64,000 nt of DNA from Pirellulaceae bacterium (GCA_041748315.1 JBGTDM010000087.1:3502-67501), one strand, 5' to 3'. Shown: positions 19,870-29,946, counted from the stretch's first letter. Notes: generated by a model from the letters alone, not told the origin. Translations and numbers: made by a program.

Positions 19870-21528
19870 ATGGAATGGACTACTTCAATGATTGCGAAGT
19901 ATTGGTGGTTTCCGTTGTGCATCAGTTGTTTATCATTAGCAGTGCTTGGGCAACTGACTCATTCACCGCATGGCGGAATCTCCGAATTGGCGGAGTGTTT
20001 TCTCTCCGCCGATACGGCACGAAACCAAGGTCCTCGTTATCGATCTGATGCCAGCCCTGAATCCCAAGATCAAGACGATGAAGCCAGGCAGGTTGAGCGA
20101 ACCGATCCGCATCTGTTCGTCGATTGGCCCAATCCCGATTTTGTGCTGTTTGTATCGGGACGGCAACACGGATACATCGAACCTTGTGGTTGTACGGGAT
20201 TGGAAAACCAAAAAGGTGGCTTGATGCGACGACATCAATTCATGAAAGAATTAAAACAAAAAAACTGGCCTGTTGTCCCAATCGACACCGGTAACCAGAT
20301 TCGGCGTTTCGGAATTCAGCCCAGTTTGAAACTTGGTAAAACCTATGAAGCCCTTTGTCAAATCATGAATTACCAAGCGATCGGGTTTGGTCCTGATGAT
20401 CTAAAGCTACCAGCAACGGATATCCTGCAAAACATGCTCAATGGCCAAGGGATCACCAATCCATTTGTCTCCGCAAACGTTGTTTTTCTTGATTCCAACG
20501 AGTTCACCACCCCCTACCGGATCATTGAAGTTGCTGGCAAGCGAATTTTTGTCACGATGGTACTGGGCGACGAACATCTCGAAAATATACGGTCAGCGGA
20601 TTTGACCGTTAGCGCAGTAACGCCCGCTCTCAACAGACTCGTTCCAGTCATTGCCGCCGAGGCTTGTGACGCATCCGTACTGGTTGCATTCACTTCGCTG
20701 GAAAATAGCGAGGCAATCGCAAAGCAGTTCCCGCATTTTGATTTGTTAGTAACTTGTGGCGGAGCCGGTGAACCGACACTCGTTCCCGAGCGCATTCAGG
20801 TCAATGACCACGTTACCCAGATGATTCAAGTTGGCTCCAAGGGAATGTACGTCGGAGTTGTAGGTTTCTTTGCCAATGATTCGACACCAATCCGTTATCA
20901 ACGAGTTCCCATGGATGATCGGTTCCAGGACTCTGATGAGATCATCAAGGTGTTTATCGACTATCAAAAACAACTGGAGGGCCTTGGACTGGACGGCTTG
21001 AGTGTCAAGCCGATCTCCCATCCATCGGGACGACGGTTTATTGGTAGTGAAGCTTGTTATGATTGCCATGACGAAGAATGGGAAATCTGGCGACATGGAA
21101 TCGATATGGATGAGGATGAAATTGGACCCCATTGGCGAGCGACACTTGACTTGACGGAACCCACGCAACGAGTCTTCGTCCAGCGCCACTTCGATCCGGA
21201 ATGTTTGAGTTGCCATGTGACCGGCTGGAATCCACAACACTATTATCCGTACTTGTCTGGATACTTGTCACTGAAGGACGAACTGCTTCATGGAAATGGT
21301 TGTGAGAACTGCCACGGACCAGGTTACGAGCATGTCATGGCCGAAATGGGTGAAATGTCCGCATCAGAGCAGGAAATTGAGCTTTTTCGCCGAGAACTGC
21401 GAGTGACATTGGATGAAGCTCGTGAATCACTCTGCGTTCAATGTCATGATCTGGATAATAGCCCAGACTTCCACCACGAGGGTGGGTTCGATGAGTATTG
21501 GTCCAAAGTTAAACATGGCGGTGAATAA
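19870..21528 (+). CDS. Multihaem c-type cytochrome (4 CxxCH) with large N-terminal non-haem domain
   Basis: Four CxxCH motifs occur in the C-terminal 150 aa: CYDCH, CLSCH, CENCH and CVQCH. The ATG at 19870 gives a signal-like MEWTTSMIAKYWWFPLCISCLSLAVLG. The ORF extends to 19771. Confidence 0.75.
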   Translation: MEWTTSMIAKYWWFPLCISCLSLAVLGQLTHSPHGGISELAECFLSADTARNQGPRYRSDASPESQDQDDEARQVERTDPHLFVDWPNPDFVLFVSGRQHGYIEPCGCTGLENQKGGLMRRHQFMKELKQKNWPVVPIDTGNQIRRFGIQPSLKLGKTYEALCQIMNYQAIGFGPDDLKLPATDILQNMLNGQGITNPFVSANVVFLDSNEFTTPYRIIEVAGKRIFVTMVLGDEHLENIRSADLTVSAVTPALNRLVPVIAAEACDASVLVAFTSLENSEAIAKQFPHFDLLVTCGGAGEPTLVPERIQVNDHVTQMIQVGSKGMYVGVVGFFANDSTPIRYQRVPMDDRFQDSDEIIKVFIDYQKQLEGLGLDGLSVKPISHPSGRRFIGSEACYDCHDEEWEIWRHGIDMDEDEIGPHWRATLDLTEPTQRVFVQRHFDPECLSCHVTGWNPQHYYPYLSGYLSLKDELLHGNGCENCHGPGYEHVMAEMGEMSASEQEIELFRRELRVTLDEARESLCVQCHDLDNSPDFHHEGGFDEYWSKVKHGGE

Positions 21529-21792
21529 TCTGGATTATCAAATTGGTCTGGAGGTTGACTCGAATTGATCGCTGTTCTGACGCACGAGTTCCCTGTTGAG
21601 TGAGGACTTTTTTCTCTAATAAATCCTTCTGGCGGTTTCAGCTTATTGATCTCCAACCATCGATACAATTTCGCATTTGTTCGCGAGAAATATCGTGCGA
21701 ATCATCGGTTTCGATACTGATTCCGATTACGTTCGATGGACCGTAGCACGTGCCCAAGTCCGCAATATTCGGTATAATTGCCGTCAGGTGTC

Positions 21793-21931
21793 TTAGCCCT
21801 ACAACGCCGGCTCGATGAAAAGCTGTAGGCCAGCCTTTCCAGGCTGACGCCGTTTACCTGGTTTGTGCCAAACCGGGAGGATTGGGTCAGCCTGGAAAGG
21901 CTGACGTACATGCCTTGCGCTGTAGGATTAG
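21793..21931. repeat. MITE-like nested-palindrome element, copy 1 (~131 bp core flanked by TTAG/TTAG)
   Basis: About 95 percent identical to 27882..28021. Terminal inverted repeats are CCTACA(A/G)CGC...GCGC(T/C)GTAGG. Internal hairpins are CAGCCTTTCCAGGCTG (21831-21846), GGTTTGtgcCAAACC (21860-21874) and GTCAGCCTGGAAAGGCTGAC (21886-21905). Confidence 0.8.
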
Positions 21932-22064
21932 CTGACCTTTGGATTGGCAACCAAAGAACTTCCGCTGGAGAAACTGTCAGCAAATCCTGTTTTATCGAAT
22001 AACATTTCCGCATCCAGTCCAATGTCTGGAATTCATTTGACGCCCTCCGTAATTCGATTTTGAA

Positions 22065-22889
22065 ATGGAGATCATCACCATGTTTAAGAACTTGGTCATT
22101 TTGTGGCTCATCGTGGCATCCATCGGCTGCACAAAATCCGAAGACGTCAGTCAACGGGGCCCTGAGATGAAAGGTGAAACAATTGCGAACAGCTCTCGCT
22201 CCGAACATGACTCGGTCATTGACAAACACTCCAGTAATTCTTTAATTGAGGACTCCGTCCACCAGCAGGCCAGGCAAAAGATGATTGAATTAGATTTGCG
22301 ATCTCGCGGCATTCGTGATCAACGTGTGCTCAACAGTATTGAGCAAGTGCCACGTCATCTGTTCGTCGACCCGGAATATAAGCAGCAAGCCTATGATGAC
22401 AATCCTTTGCCCATCGGATATGGCCAGACGATTTCCCAACCCTATATTGTGGCTTTGATGACTGAATTGGTCGAACCCAAGCCAACTCACCGCGCTTTGG
22501 ATATAGGAACCGGAAGTGGTTATCAGGCAGCCGTATTGTCTGGCTTGGTCAAAGAAGTTTACAGTATTGAAATTGTTGAACCATTGGCCAACGCTTCGTC
22601 GCAACGACTCCGCGATCTCAACTACGGGAATGTTGCGGTCCGTCATGGTGACGGCTACCAGGGATGGGTGGACAAGGCACCGTTCGATATCATCATCGTC
22701 GCCGCAGCACCCGATCATGTACCGGAACCCCTGGTCGAACAACTTGCGCCGGGAGGAAAAATGGTGATTCCTGTCGGCGATACCTATCAGGAGCTCCTTC
22801 TGATCGAAAAACTCGCAGACGGTACCACCCGCAAAACCACGATCGCGCCCGTCGCGTTTGTTCCCATGACTGGCGAAGCGCAAAAGTAA
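22065..22889 (+). CDS. pcm: Protein-L-isoaspartate O-methyltransferase with lipoprotein-type leader
   Basis: ISQPYIVALM and SAM-binding LDIGTGSGYQAAVLS motifs. N-terminal lipobox-like LIVASIGC. Confidence 0.85.
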   Translation: MEIITMFKNLVILWLIVASIGCTKSEDVSQRGPEMKGETIANSSRSEHDSVIDKHSSNSLIEDSVHQQARQKMIELDLRSRGIRDQRVLNSIEQVPRHLFVDPEYKQQAYDDNPLPIGYGQTISQPYIVALMTELVEPKPTHRALDIGTGSGYQAAVLSGLVKEVYSIEIVEPLANASSQRLRDLNYGNVAVRHGDGYQGWVDKAPFDIIIVAAAPDHVPEPLVEQLAPGGKMVIPVGDTYQELLLIEKLADGTTRKTTIAPVAFVPMTGEAQK

Positions 22890-22992
22890 CCATGACGTAC
22901 CGGTGTCCGGCAACCGCGTACAGAATTTATTTGGAGTTCCGATCCTTTTGAACCGCTGCAAAAAAGTAAAGTACTGTGCAATTAAGCGAGGG

Positions 22993-25900
22993 CTATCTGA
23001 GAATCGGTGGCGAATCGCTCAGCGGTTCGGTCGATAGTGTGACCGGTCGAAAAATTCCACCAGCACCGAACCAGTCATACACGGCAACGGCAATTTGTAT
23101 CGTTTCACCAGCCTGAACAAATCGCGAAATATCCAAACTGATTCTCTTATCAAACGCCGTTTCGCGCGTTTCAATATCGCCAACCGCACCTACAATTTCA
23201 CCATTGACATAGATGTCGGCATAGTCGTCGATTCCCGTAAAATTCAAATACGTAGTCGATGACGACCATTCATCTGAAATCTCGACTTGAATTCGATACC
23301 AAGCCCAATAGTCAAGATCCGCATAACCTTGCCCCTCCCAATGACGGTCGGCGCGAATTTGTGCCCATGCATTGTCGTCAAAATCCACCGCAAACCAACT
23401 TTGCGCCCGACCGACCTCATCCGGGTCCGGTCGAAATTGCCAAAGACGTTGGTGGAGCGGGATCGCTTGCCTCTCCAGTTCGGCCGTTAAAAGAGCCAGG
23501 TTCTCCATCCGCTCAATCCGATTGATGGCCGTGGGGTACGATCTTTGACGCAATTCTTCATTCCATTGATTCGCCAGCCAATGACCAACTGAATTAGTAT
23601 CTCCCCATAGTTTTAAAGTACTGACCAACAACTCGCCTGACTCCCCGACACCCATTCGAAATACAAGCCCGTGCGTTTTGACCTCGCGTCGATCGTGATT
23701 GTCCCATAACAAGAGAAGGGGATCCGTACGATGCAGGTAGTGATCCATCTCAGGAACGACTGGCCCTGCCAGGTCAAAATGTTGCAACTCACTGAACATG
23801 GTTTCTAATGGACTGGCTTCGTTGGCGTCGGATTGAAAGGGTAACATCCAGTGGGCATCAGGTCGCAACGTCGCCAAAGAACCGCGTAGAAACCAATGTT
23901 CGGATACGGGAAGGCTCCCCTCTTTGCCATCTGGCATCATCCATATCTTCCCGCCACGCTCAAGGAAACCCAACAGAGCGGAATCGAGTCGACGGGTAAG
24001 AACAACCTGATCGAGTTCATAGTCATCGGTGACTCGATCATCGGGAATTTTAAGTAACGTTGCCAGTTCACGCGCGGACTCGTGAACCAATACTCCCGAA
24101 AAAGACGCGGCGGTCATTCGAGGAAATACCCAGATCGACCATTCGTTGGTTACCTCACGGGTTCTTTCATCAATCGCTTGCCGTGCTTGATCAACGTGCC
24201 GGGCATCGGTTAACCAAGTCGCTCGAATCAACCAACGTTCCGGCTTCAAAACATCAGGAAGCGTCCAGTCCAGTGTATAGCGCACACGAAAATCATCGTC
24301 TTTCTGGGGCCCTTGCGAGATTCGAATCTCCACAGGTTCATATCCTGGTTTCTGGAGTTCGACGTGTAGACGTCCTCTTTCAATCGTGCCGGGATCTCCA
24401 GCCGTAACAACATGAATCGTCGACTCCGTTCGATCGTTAGCAAAAAAACTGCGACGATCGCTCTCGGTCACAAGCAGCAACATCGTATCACCTTGAAACT
24501 TCCAATCGGCCGGAGTATTTTTTGGCTGGTCTTCAAAGTCAATTAACCCCATCGCCGCCTTTGGAAAGTCACGAATGACACTGACGACATATCCACCATA
24601 TTGAACTTCACGACGATAAGTCTCGATCTGGTATTTGCGCATCAACATCCCGTACCGAATTGACAACGGCAACAATAAGGCCGGATCAAAGCTCCTCGAA
24701 CGACGTTTGGCCAATGCGTCGACCGATTCCTGCCAACGGAGGTTGTCCGCAACAAACCAGGGACCATGTGCCGGTGAGCTGTTTGCGAACTCCAACATCT
24801 TTGGAGTGGGAATCGTCCAGGAATCCGCAGCGATCGCTTCGCCCAACATCAGGGGCTTGGTCTCCCGTTCGGCGATGTAGCTGCGCAGTCGATCAAGCGT
24901 TTGCACCCAGGTGTGATTGTTGCCGTAGGGATGATCGTCGAAAAAATCGTACACTCGATTCCAGGAGATCCAACTGCTGTCGTCGACAACGATGGCTCCG
25001 GGTACATAAGCTTTGCACAAGTCATACAGAGCCTGAATCACTGACAGTTCGGCACTGGGCCCGGTTTCACAGGTCAAACTTCGCAGGACAACGCTGGGAT
25101 GGTTACGATCAAACTGGAAAAACTCCGCGTACTCGCGTCGCAATTCCTCAAGATGTTTGCCGTCCAACCGCGGATGCCAAGTTGGATACTCGATCCAAGC
25201 CAGCATTCCCATCTCGTCGCATAATTCCAAGTACCGTTTGGGGGGGATCCAAAGGCAAAACTTCATCATGTTAAACCCGCGCTGCTGAGCGAATTCAATC
25301 TCCCGCCGCATCCACGCTTCGTCGAGACTCGGTGCAACACTTGGCGGAGCATAACCCCAATTGAGCACTCCTCGGAGAATGATTGAATCTCCGTTGATTA
25401 AAAACCGATCGCCGTCCGTCACGATCGTGCACCAGCCACTGTTCACAATCACGTTGTCCAAGACACGTCCAGCTACAGCGGTACGGGACGCGCCAACACC
25501 GCTCTTGCCGGGGTTAGTGTCAAGCAATTCGACTGCAATTTCGTACAATTTTGGATGATTTGGCGACCAGCGTTCAGCCTCAAACGGTAGTTGCACATCG
25601 GCAGAGAATACTCGTTCAACATAGCCACTTTCCTGGGAACCAATCACCCATGGAACCTCGCCGTCGTTTGGCAAAATCTTGGCTGAAATAATTTGTGCAG
25701 TCTGCCAATCTTGACTTGATCGACCCCTTACTAAAGGCTTTTCCCGGATCGAAATACGGCCGTTGAAATCAGCTTCGGGGAGACTGGAAAAAGGTATCGC
25801 CACCTGTATGCGATCGGATTCTAACCACTGTATGTGAGCCGCATCGGCAATCAGAAATTGCGGCGATTCAGTAAGCCAAGCCTTGACCGGTTGCCACAAT

Positions 25901-26388
25901 CCGCCGAAATGATGGGTGACGATCGGTAAAAACCCCTGCGTATTGTGGCCTACCTTTTCATCGACTTCCACGGTTAATGGCCACGGCTGGTCGTTCGGAA
26001 GTTGCTTGGCCGCTTCCGTAGCGTCGAAGGTAAACGGTGTCCAAGCCCCCAGGTGCTCGCCAAGTTTCTTATCGCCGAGATAAACCCGCGCCAACGTTGC
26101 AGCGCCCGCGAAGCGAATGAGCAGGCGTTGTCCCCCATCAAGTTGCGCAGGAGAAATCGATGTTCGATAAATCGAGACTCCGTCGAAGTTGACATCGATC
26201 TGGTCTTCAATCGTTCCCGGCACCGAGACACCTTGAAACGTTTGCCCCCCATCCAAAGAAACTTGCCAAGGCCCGAATTGAACTTCCTGCGGATTTACGA
26301 CATTGACACTCAATGCCAAAATGAAAAAACTGGCTAACAACACCTTTATGCATGGCATGAGCCAAGGAAACCTACTCATCACTGACAT
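22993..26388 (-). CDS. Glycoside hydrolase family 2-like protein (sugar-binding domains at both ends, central TIM-barrel region)
   Basis: Signal peptide. An N-terminal GH2 sugar-binding-like region (DGVSIYRT..LLIRFAGAATLARVYLGDKKLGEH). A central segment GFNMMKFCLWIPPKRYLELCDEMGMLAWIE. A C-terminal second jelly-roll-like segment (WAWYRIQV..DIYVNGEIVG). Confidence 0.6.
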   Translation of the reverse strand: MSVMSRFPWLMPCIKVLLASFFILALSVNVVNPQEVQFGPWQVSLDGGQTFQGVSVPGTIEDQIDVNFDGVSIYRTSISPAQLDGGQRLLIRFAGAATLARVYLGDKKLGEHLGAWTPFTFDATEAAKQLPNDQPWPLTVEVDEKVGHNTQGFLPIVTHHFGGLWQPVKAWLTESPQFLIADAAHIQWLESDRIQVAIPFSSLPEADFNGRISIREKPLVRGRSSQDWQTAQIISAKILPNDGEVPWVIGSQESGYVERVFSADVQLPFEAERWSPNHPKLYEIAVELLDTNPGKSGVGASRTAVAGRVLDNVIVNSGWCTIVTDGDRFLINGDSIILRGVLNWGYAPPSVAPSLDEAWMRREIEFAQQRGFNMMKFCLWIPPKRYLELCDEMGMLAWIEYPTWHPRLDGKHLEELRREYAEFFQFDRNHPSVVLRSLTCETGPSAELSVIQALYDLCKAYVPGAIVVDDSSWISWNRVYDFFDDHPYGNNHTWVQTLDRLRSYIAERETKPLMLGEAIAADSWTIPTPKMLEFANSSPAHGPWFVADNLRWQESVDALAKRRSRSFDPALLLPLSIRYGMLMRKYQIETYRREVQYGGYVVSVIRDFPKAAMGLIDFEDQPKNTPADWKFQGDTMLLLVTESDRRSFFANDRTESTIHVVTAGDPGTIERGRLHVELQKPGYEPVEIRISQGPQKDDDFRVRYTLDWTLPDVLKPERWLIRATWLTDARHVDQARQAIDERTREVTNEWSIWVFPRMTAASFSGVLVHESARELATLLKIPDDRVTDDYELDQVVLTRRLDSALLGFLERGGKIWMMPDGKEGSLPVSEHWFLRGSLATLRPDAHWMLPFQSDANEASPLETMFSELQHFDLAGPVVPEMDHYLHRTDPLLLLWDNHDRREVKTHGLVFRMGVGESGELLVSTLKLWGDTNSVGHWLANQWNEELRQRSYPTAINRIERMENLALLTAELERQAIPLHQRLWQFRPDPDEVGRAQSWFAVDFDDNAWAQIRADRHWEGQGYADLDYWAWYRIQVEISDEWSSSTTYLNFTGIDDYADIYVNGEIVGAVGDIETRETAFDKRISLDISRFVQAGETIQIAVAVYDWFGAGGIFRPVTLSTEPLSDSPPILR

Positions 26389-26422
26389 CTCGTTCGCTCA
26401 TTCGGATTGCGTGTAGCTAATT

Positions 26423-27616
26423 TTATTCGGCCGTAACCGGTTCGGCTTCCAATTCGGCAACCGCTTCACCAACCCCTTGCAGTTCCTCGATGTAGCCACC
26501 GGCACTCATGATTTTTGCCTTGATTTCATCGGTCACATCAGGATTCTCAAGCAGGAAGTTGCGAGCCTTCTCTTTCCCCTGACCTAAATGAGTTGAACCA
26601 TATTTGAACCAGGCACCACTTCGCATCACGATCTTGTGGGCGACACCCAAGTCCAGAATATCCCCTTCATAACTGATGCCATTCGTATGCATCATGTCGA
26701 ATTCAGCAATCCGGAATGGCGGGGCTACTTTATTCTTGACAATCTTCACTTTGACGCGCTGTCCAACAACTTCTTCACCTTCTTTGAGTGCACCGGTGCG
26801 ACGAACATCGACGCGAACAGATGTGTAGAATTTAAGCGCGCGACCGCCCGGTGTTGTTTCCGGGCTACCAAACATGACACCGATTTTCTCGCGAATCTGG
26901 TTAATAAAGACGGTACAGGTCTTGCTCTTACTGATGACACCAGTTAGTTTTCGCATCGACTGACTCATCAGGCGAGCCTGTAATCCGATATGCGAATCGC
27001 CGATCTCGCCTTCCAGTTCCTGGCGAGGCACGAGTGCAGCCACGGAGTCAATAACGATGATATCGACTGAATTGGACTTGATCAACATTTCGCAGATCTG
27101 CATCGCTTCTTCACCACTACTCGGTTGACTTACCAGCAGGGTATCGAGTTGAACTCCCAGTTTCTTGGCCCAAGTCGGATCAAACGCGTGCTCGGCATCG
27201 ATAAACGCTGCGATACCGCCGTTCTTCTGAGCTTGCGCGATGGCATGCAATGCAATCGTCGTCTTGCCGCTCGACTCCGGTCCGAAAATCTCGATGATAC
27301 GACCGCAGGGTAACCCTTGGCCTCCCAAGGCAATATCCATGGACAGGCTACCCGTCGAAATTCCCCGAATCCGAGAATGGCCATCAGTACCCAGTGCCAT
27401 AATCGCTCCATCTCCAAATTGCTTTTCAATTTGTTGTACCGCGGTTTTTAGATGTTCGTTTTCATTGAGCATGATCTCAACTGGATTCAGGCTTATCTTC
27501 TTTTTCACGTCCGATTTGGACTCGATCGTTTTAGTAGACTTTTCTTTTCTAGCCATTTTGTTGGTCCTTGCTGGGGAGGGATTGTCCGCATTAGTTTCTG
27601 TTCGAGTCGACGTCAT
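26423..27616 (-). CDS. recA: Recombinase RecA with basic N-terminal extension
   Basis: [11 protein letters not shown], Walker [19 protein letters not shown]. The ATG at 27616 has a GGAG ribosome-binding site. An alternative ATG lies at 27556. Confidence 0.95.
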   Translation of the reverse strand: MTSTRTETNADNPSPARTNKMARKEKSTKTIESKSDVKKKISLNPVEIMLNENEHLKTAVQQIEKQFGDGAIMALGTDGHSRIRGISTGSLSMDIALGGQGLPCGRIIEIFGPESSGKTTIALHAIAQAQKNGGIAAFIDAEHAFDPTWAKKLGVQLDTLLVSQPSSGEEAMQICEMLIKSNSVDIIVIDSVAALVPRQELEGEIGDSHIGLQARLMSQSMRKLTGVISKSKTCTVFINQIREKIGVMFGSPETTPGGRALKFYTSVRVDVRRTGALKEGEEVVGQRVKVKIVKNKVAPPFRIAEFDMMHTNGISYEGDILDLGVAHKIVMRSGAWFKYGSTHLGQGKEKARNFLLENPDVTDEIKAKIMSAGGYIEELQGVGEAVAELEAEPVTAE

Positions 27617-27730
27617 GGTTTACTCCGTTTTAGAGGCTGAGCATTCGCCAAAGGAACTCCATTTGAGCACCTTCAACCTAAGTCCAAGTACCTGCAATTT
27701 CAAGTAGTGATATATCTATACTTCGCTGAA

Positions 27731-27759
27731 CCCAGGACACGTTCGGTCCGGGGTTTTTT
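27731..27759 (+). terminator. Orphan intrinsic-terminator-like hairpin on + strand upstream of recA
   Basis: CCC-A-GGAC / GTCC-G-GGG stem with a 7-nt loop, then TTTTTT (27754-27759). No + strand CDS lies upstream. Confidence 0.3.
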
Positions 27760-27881
27760 GTAAACTCTGGATTCCAGCATAGAATCCGATAAGACCCGAA
27801 TTTCGACGAGTGTAAAAGAACGTCGACAGCCGGAACCGTGAACCGAGAAAAGGCGTTAGTGATCGTCCAATTGGACCCTCG

Positions 27882-28021
27882 TTAAGTCCTACAGCGCCGG
27901 CGCGATGCAAAGCTGTAGGCCAGCCTTTTCAGGCTGACGCCGTTTACCTGATTTGTGCCAAACCGGGAGGATTGGGTCAGCCTGGAAAGGCTGACGTACA
28001 TACCTTGCGCCGTAGGATTAA
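27882..28021. repeat. MITE-like nested-palindrome element, copy 2 (flanked by TTAA/TTAA)
   Basis: Same orientation and architecture as 21793..21931. About 7 substitutions over about 131 bp. Confidence 0.8.
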
Positions 28022-28721
28022 ATGGACCGTCTCGTCATGTGGATCGTCGAGCCGAGTTCGGGTTTGCCGCTGATCGAATCATGGCTATTAGTGTCCTTGG
28101 GTTTATTGCCCATAACGAGCGCGAGATTTTTTTTATTCGGCAAAAGCTCTTGCTTCCACTAAATGGGTCCCTTGGCATGAAAATCTGCCGATTTTCGCTA
28201 TAAAGAACTCGACCACCAAATGGTATCTTGCCTTACAGTTCAGACAGACAACTTCGTCGAGGATTCACTCGAAACAACCTACCGGCGGACACTGGTGTGG
28301 TCATTTAATCACGGAAAGGCTTGTTTTACGAAAACTTCGTACTTTCGCGGGATTTAGAACTCTGACGGTCCCGTTAAACATTCAACTCCTGCTATGATAC
28401 GGCAAATCCGGACCCAGTGTATTCTCCCTATTTTGAATAATCGTCAGATTTTTAATGTTTGCGAGATTGACACTGGGACCTCAATTACTAGACTGACCTG
28501 TTGGAATTTAGTTGAAACGACCAGTTTAAGTTGTCAACATTTTCGACCATCGAATGAAATGAACGGTGTAACGCCAATAAGGTTTTGCAAAGTTCAATAG
28601 GTGTGCCAATCCATTGGATTAGCTGGGTCGGTTTCGAGAATTTGCACTGGGACTTACGACGCGTCCCTAACATTGTCCCATTGTCCCTGCTTCCTTGATT
28701 TACTTTCTGAGAGGTGATTTT

Positions 28722-29621
28722 ATGAAACGACATCTTTGCGCCGCGTTTATGTTAGCGGCATCTCTTGCATTCGCTTGGACAAACAACGTTCAAGCCCAGA
28801 GTGAAGTGTTTGCTTTTGACCTGCGGTTTGCCGCAAGCAACAACCTGTTTTCGTTTGATCCAACGGTTCCATTGGTCCATACCCAGATTGGCCCGAGCCC
28901 ACTAGATTGGGTAACGTTTGCACTCGATTTTAACGCGACTGGCAGCACACTTTTTGCCGTCAACCATTTAGGTGGGGCAAGTAATAACACGATCGGCACT
29001 GTGAATTTGACGACGGCTGCATTCACTCCTAATGCCATTATTACAGGCGACTTTGGTGCTACCGGCAGTCCCACCGGACTGTCGATTGATCCCACTACGG
29101 GAAGTGCCTTTTTGTCGCACACAACACAACTGTTTGACCTCGATCTTTCATCGGGTGTTTCCACATTAATCGGTGATTTCACTGGATTGACTCCAGGTGG
29201 TGCGGCCATCGGTCTAGTCATCGATATTGCCATTGATAACTTTGGTAATATGTTTGCTCACGATATCAGCAATGATGCATTGTGGCAAATCGATAGCACA
29301 AATGGGGATGCAACCTTTATTGGGTTTAGCGGACTTGCGGCAAACTTTGCTCAAGGCATGGATTTTGATCCGTCGACCAATTTGCTCTATGCTGCGATTT
29401 ACACCGGCGGTGGAACGGGTTCTTGGGGAACATGGGATACGACGACCGGAGTATTTACCGAGATTGAGCCGCTGCCTAATTTTCCCGATCCAAATGGCAA
29501 TGGGCGCGAACTTGAGGTCGCCATCCGGTCGCTGGTTGTGATTCCGGAACCTGGCAGTTTAGCGCTGGTCATGGTCGGCGCGGCAACCTGCCTGTTTACA
29601 AGGCGTCGCAGGACTGTATGA
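28722..29621 (+). CDS. PEP-CTERM sorting-domain protein
   Basis: The ATG at 28722 follows GAGAGGTGA. Signal peptide MKRHLCAAFMLAASLAFAW. C-terminal VIPEPGSLALVMVGAATCLFTRRRR. Confidence 0.8.
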   Translation: MKRHLCAAFMLAASLAFAWTNNVQAQSEVFAFDLRFAASNNLFSFDPTVPLVHTQIGPSPLDWVTFALDFNATGSTLFAVNHLGGASNNTIGTVNLTTAAFTPNAIITGDFGATGSPTGLSIDPTTGSAFLSHTTQLFDLDLSSGVSTLIGDFTGLTPGGAAIGLVIDIAIDNFGNMFAHDISNDALWQIDSTNGDATFIGFSGLAANFAQGMDFDPSTNLLYAAIYTGGGTGSWGTWDTTTGVFTEIEPLPNFPDPNGNGRELEVAIRSLVVIPEPGSLALVMVGAATCLFTRRRRTV

Positions 29622-29664
29622 GTCGCATTGTCGATCTTTGAACAGCAATAGTACGTAAAGTACG

Positions 29665-29689
29665 AGGGGCCGCAGGGCCCCTTTTTTTG
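29665..29689 (+). terminator. Intrinsic terminator of the PEP-CTERM gene
   Basis: AGGGGCC-gcag-GGCCCCT followed by TTTTTTT. Confidence 0.75.
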
Positions 29690-29946
29690 TTGCCAAATCC
29701 TAAACGACCCTAAGCGAGTTTAGTGCATGATCCCGTTTCACAAATTGGGTCCTTCACGTTGTGGTGAAACTCACGGGGCGCTTGTTTGGGACGCGGTAAA
29801 TTCTCGCCCCCAGCCTCAGTGCACATATAGAACAACATTTTTACGGCTGAGCGACAGGGTTGCGTTGGCGAGGCACATTGGATTTGGCCTTCTCCCGATT
29901 TGGATTGTGTTTCTCGGCAAAAGATTTCTCGCCGTCACCTTGTATC

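Noticed and set aside
21702-22229. A 175-aa minus-strand ORF, plus ORFs 27716-27910(-) and 27955-28203(+).
   Set aside because: They run through the MITE-like repeat copies. The first overlaps the well-supported pcm start. No motifs were recognised.
22290-22961. A 223-aa minus-strand ORF antisense to pcm.
   Set aside because: The + strand carries clear PCMT motifs (ISQPYIV, LDIGTGSGY). The antisense ORF has none.
24660-25274. A 204-aa + strand ORF inside the GH2-like gene. Similar long antisense ORFs occur at 9732-10226, 20746-21240, 50442-51086, 57633-58229 and 58683-59228.
   Set aside because: All lie antisense to genes with strong motif support and have low-complexity, Arg-rich translations.
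27700-27750. The GATATATC palindrome and GAAC-N9-GTTC upstream of recA, considered as a possible LexA/SOS box.
   Set aside because: The spacing does not match the known CTGT-N8-ACAG or GAAC-N4-GTTC consensus. The GAAC...GTTC bases are part of the terminator-like hairpin.
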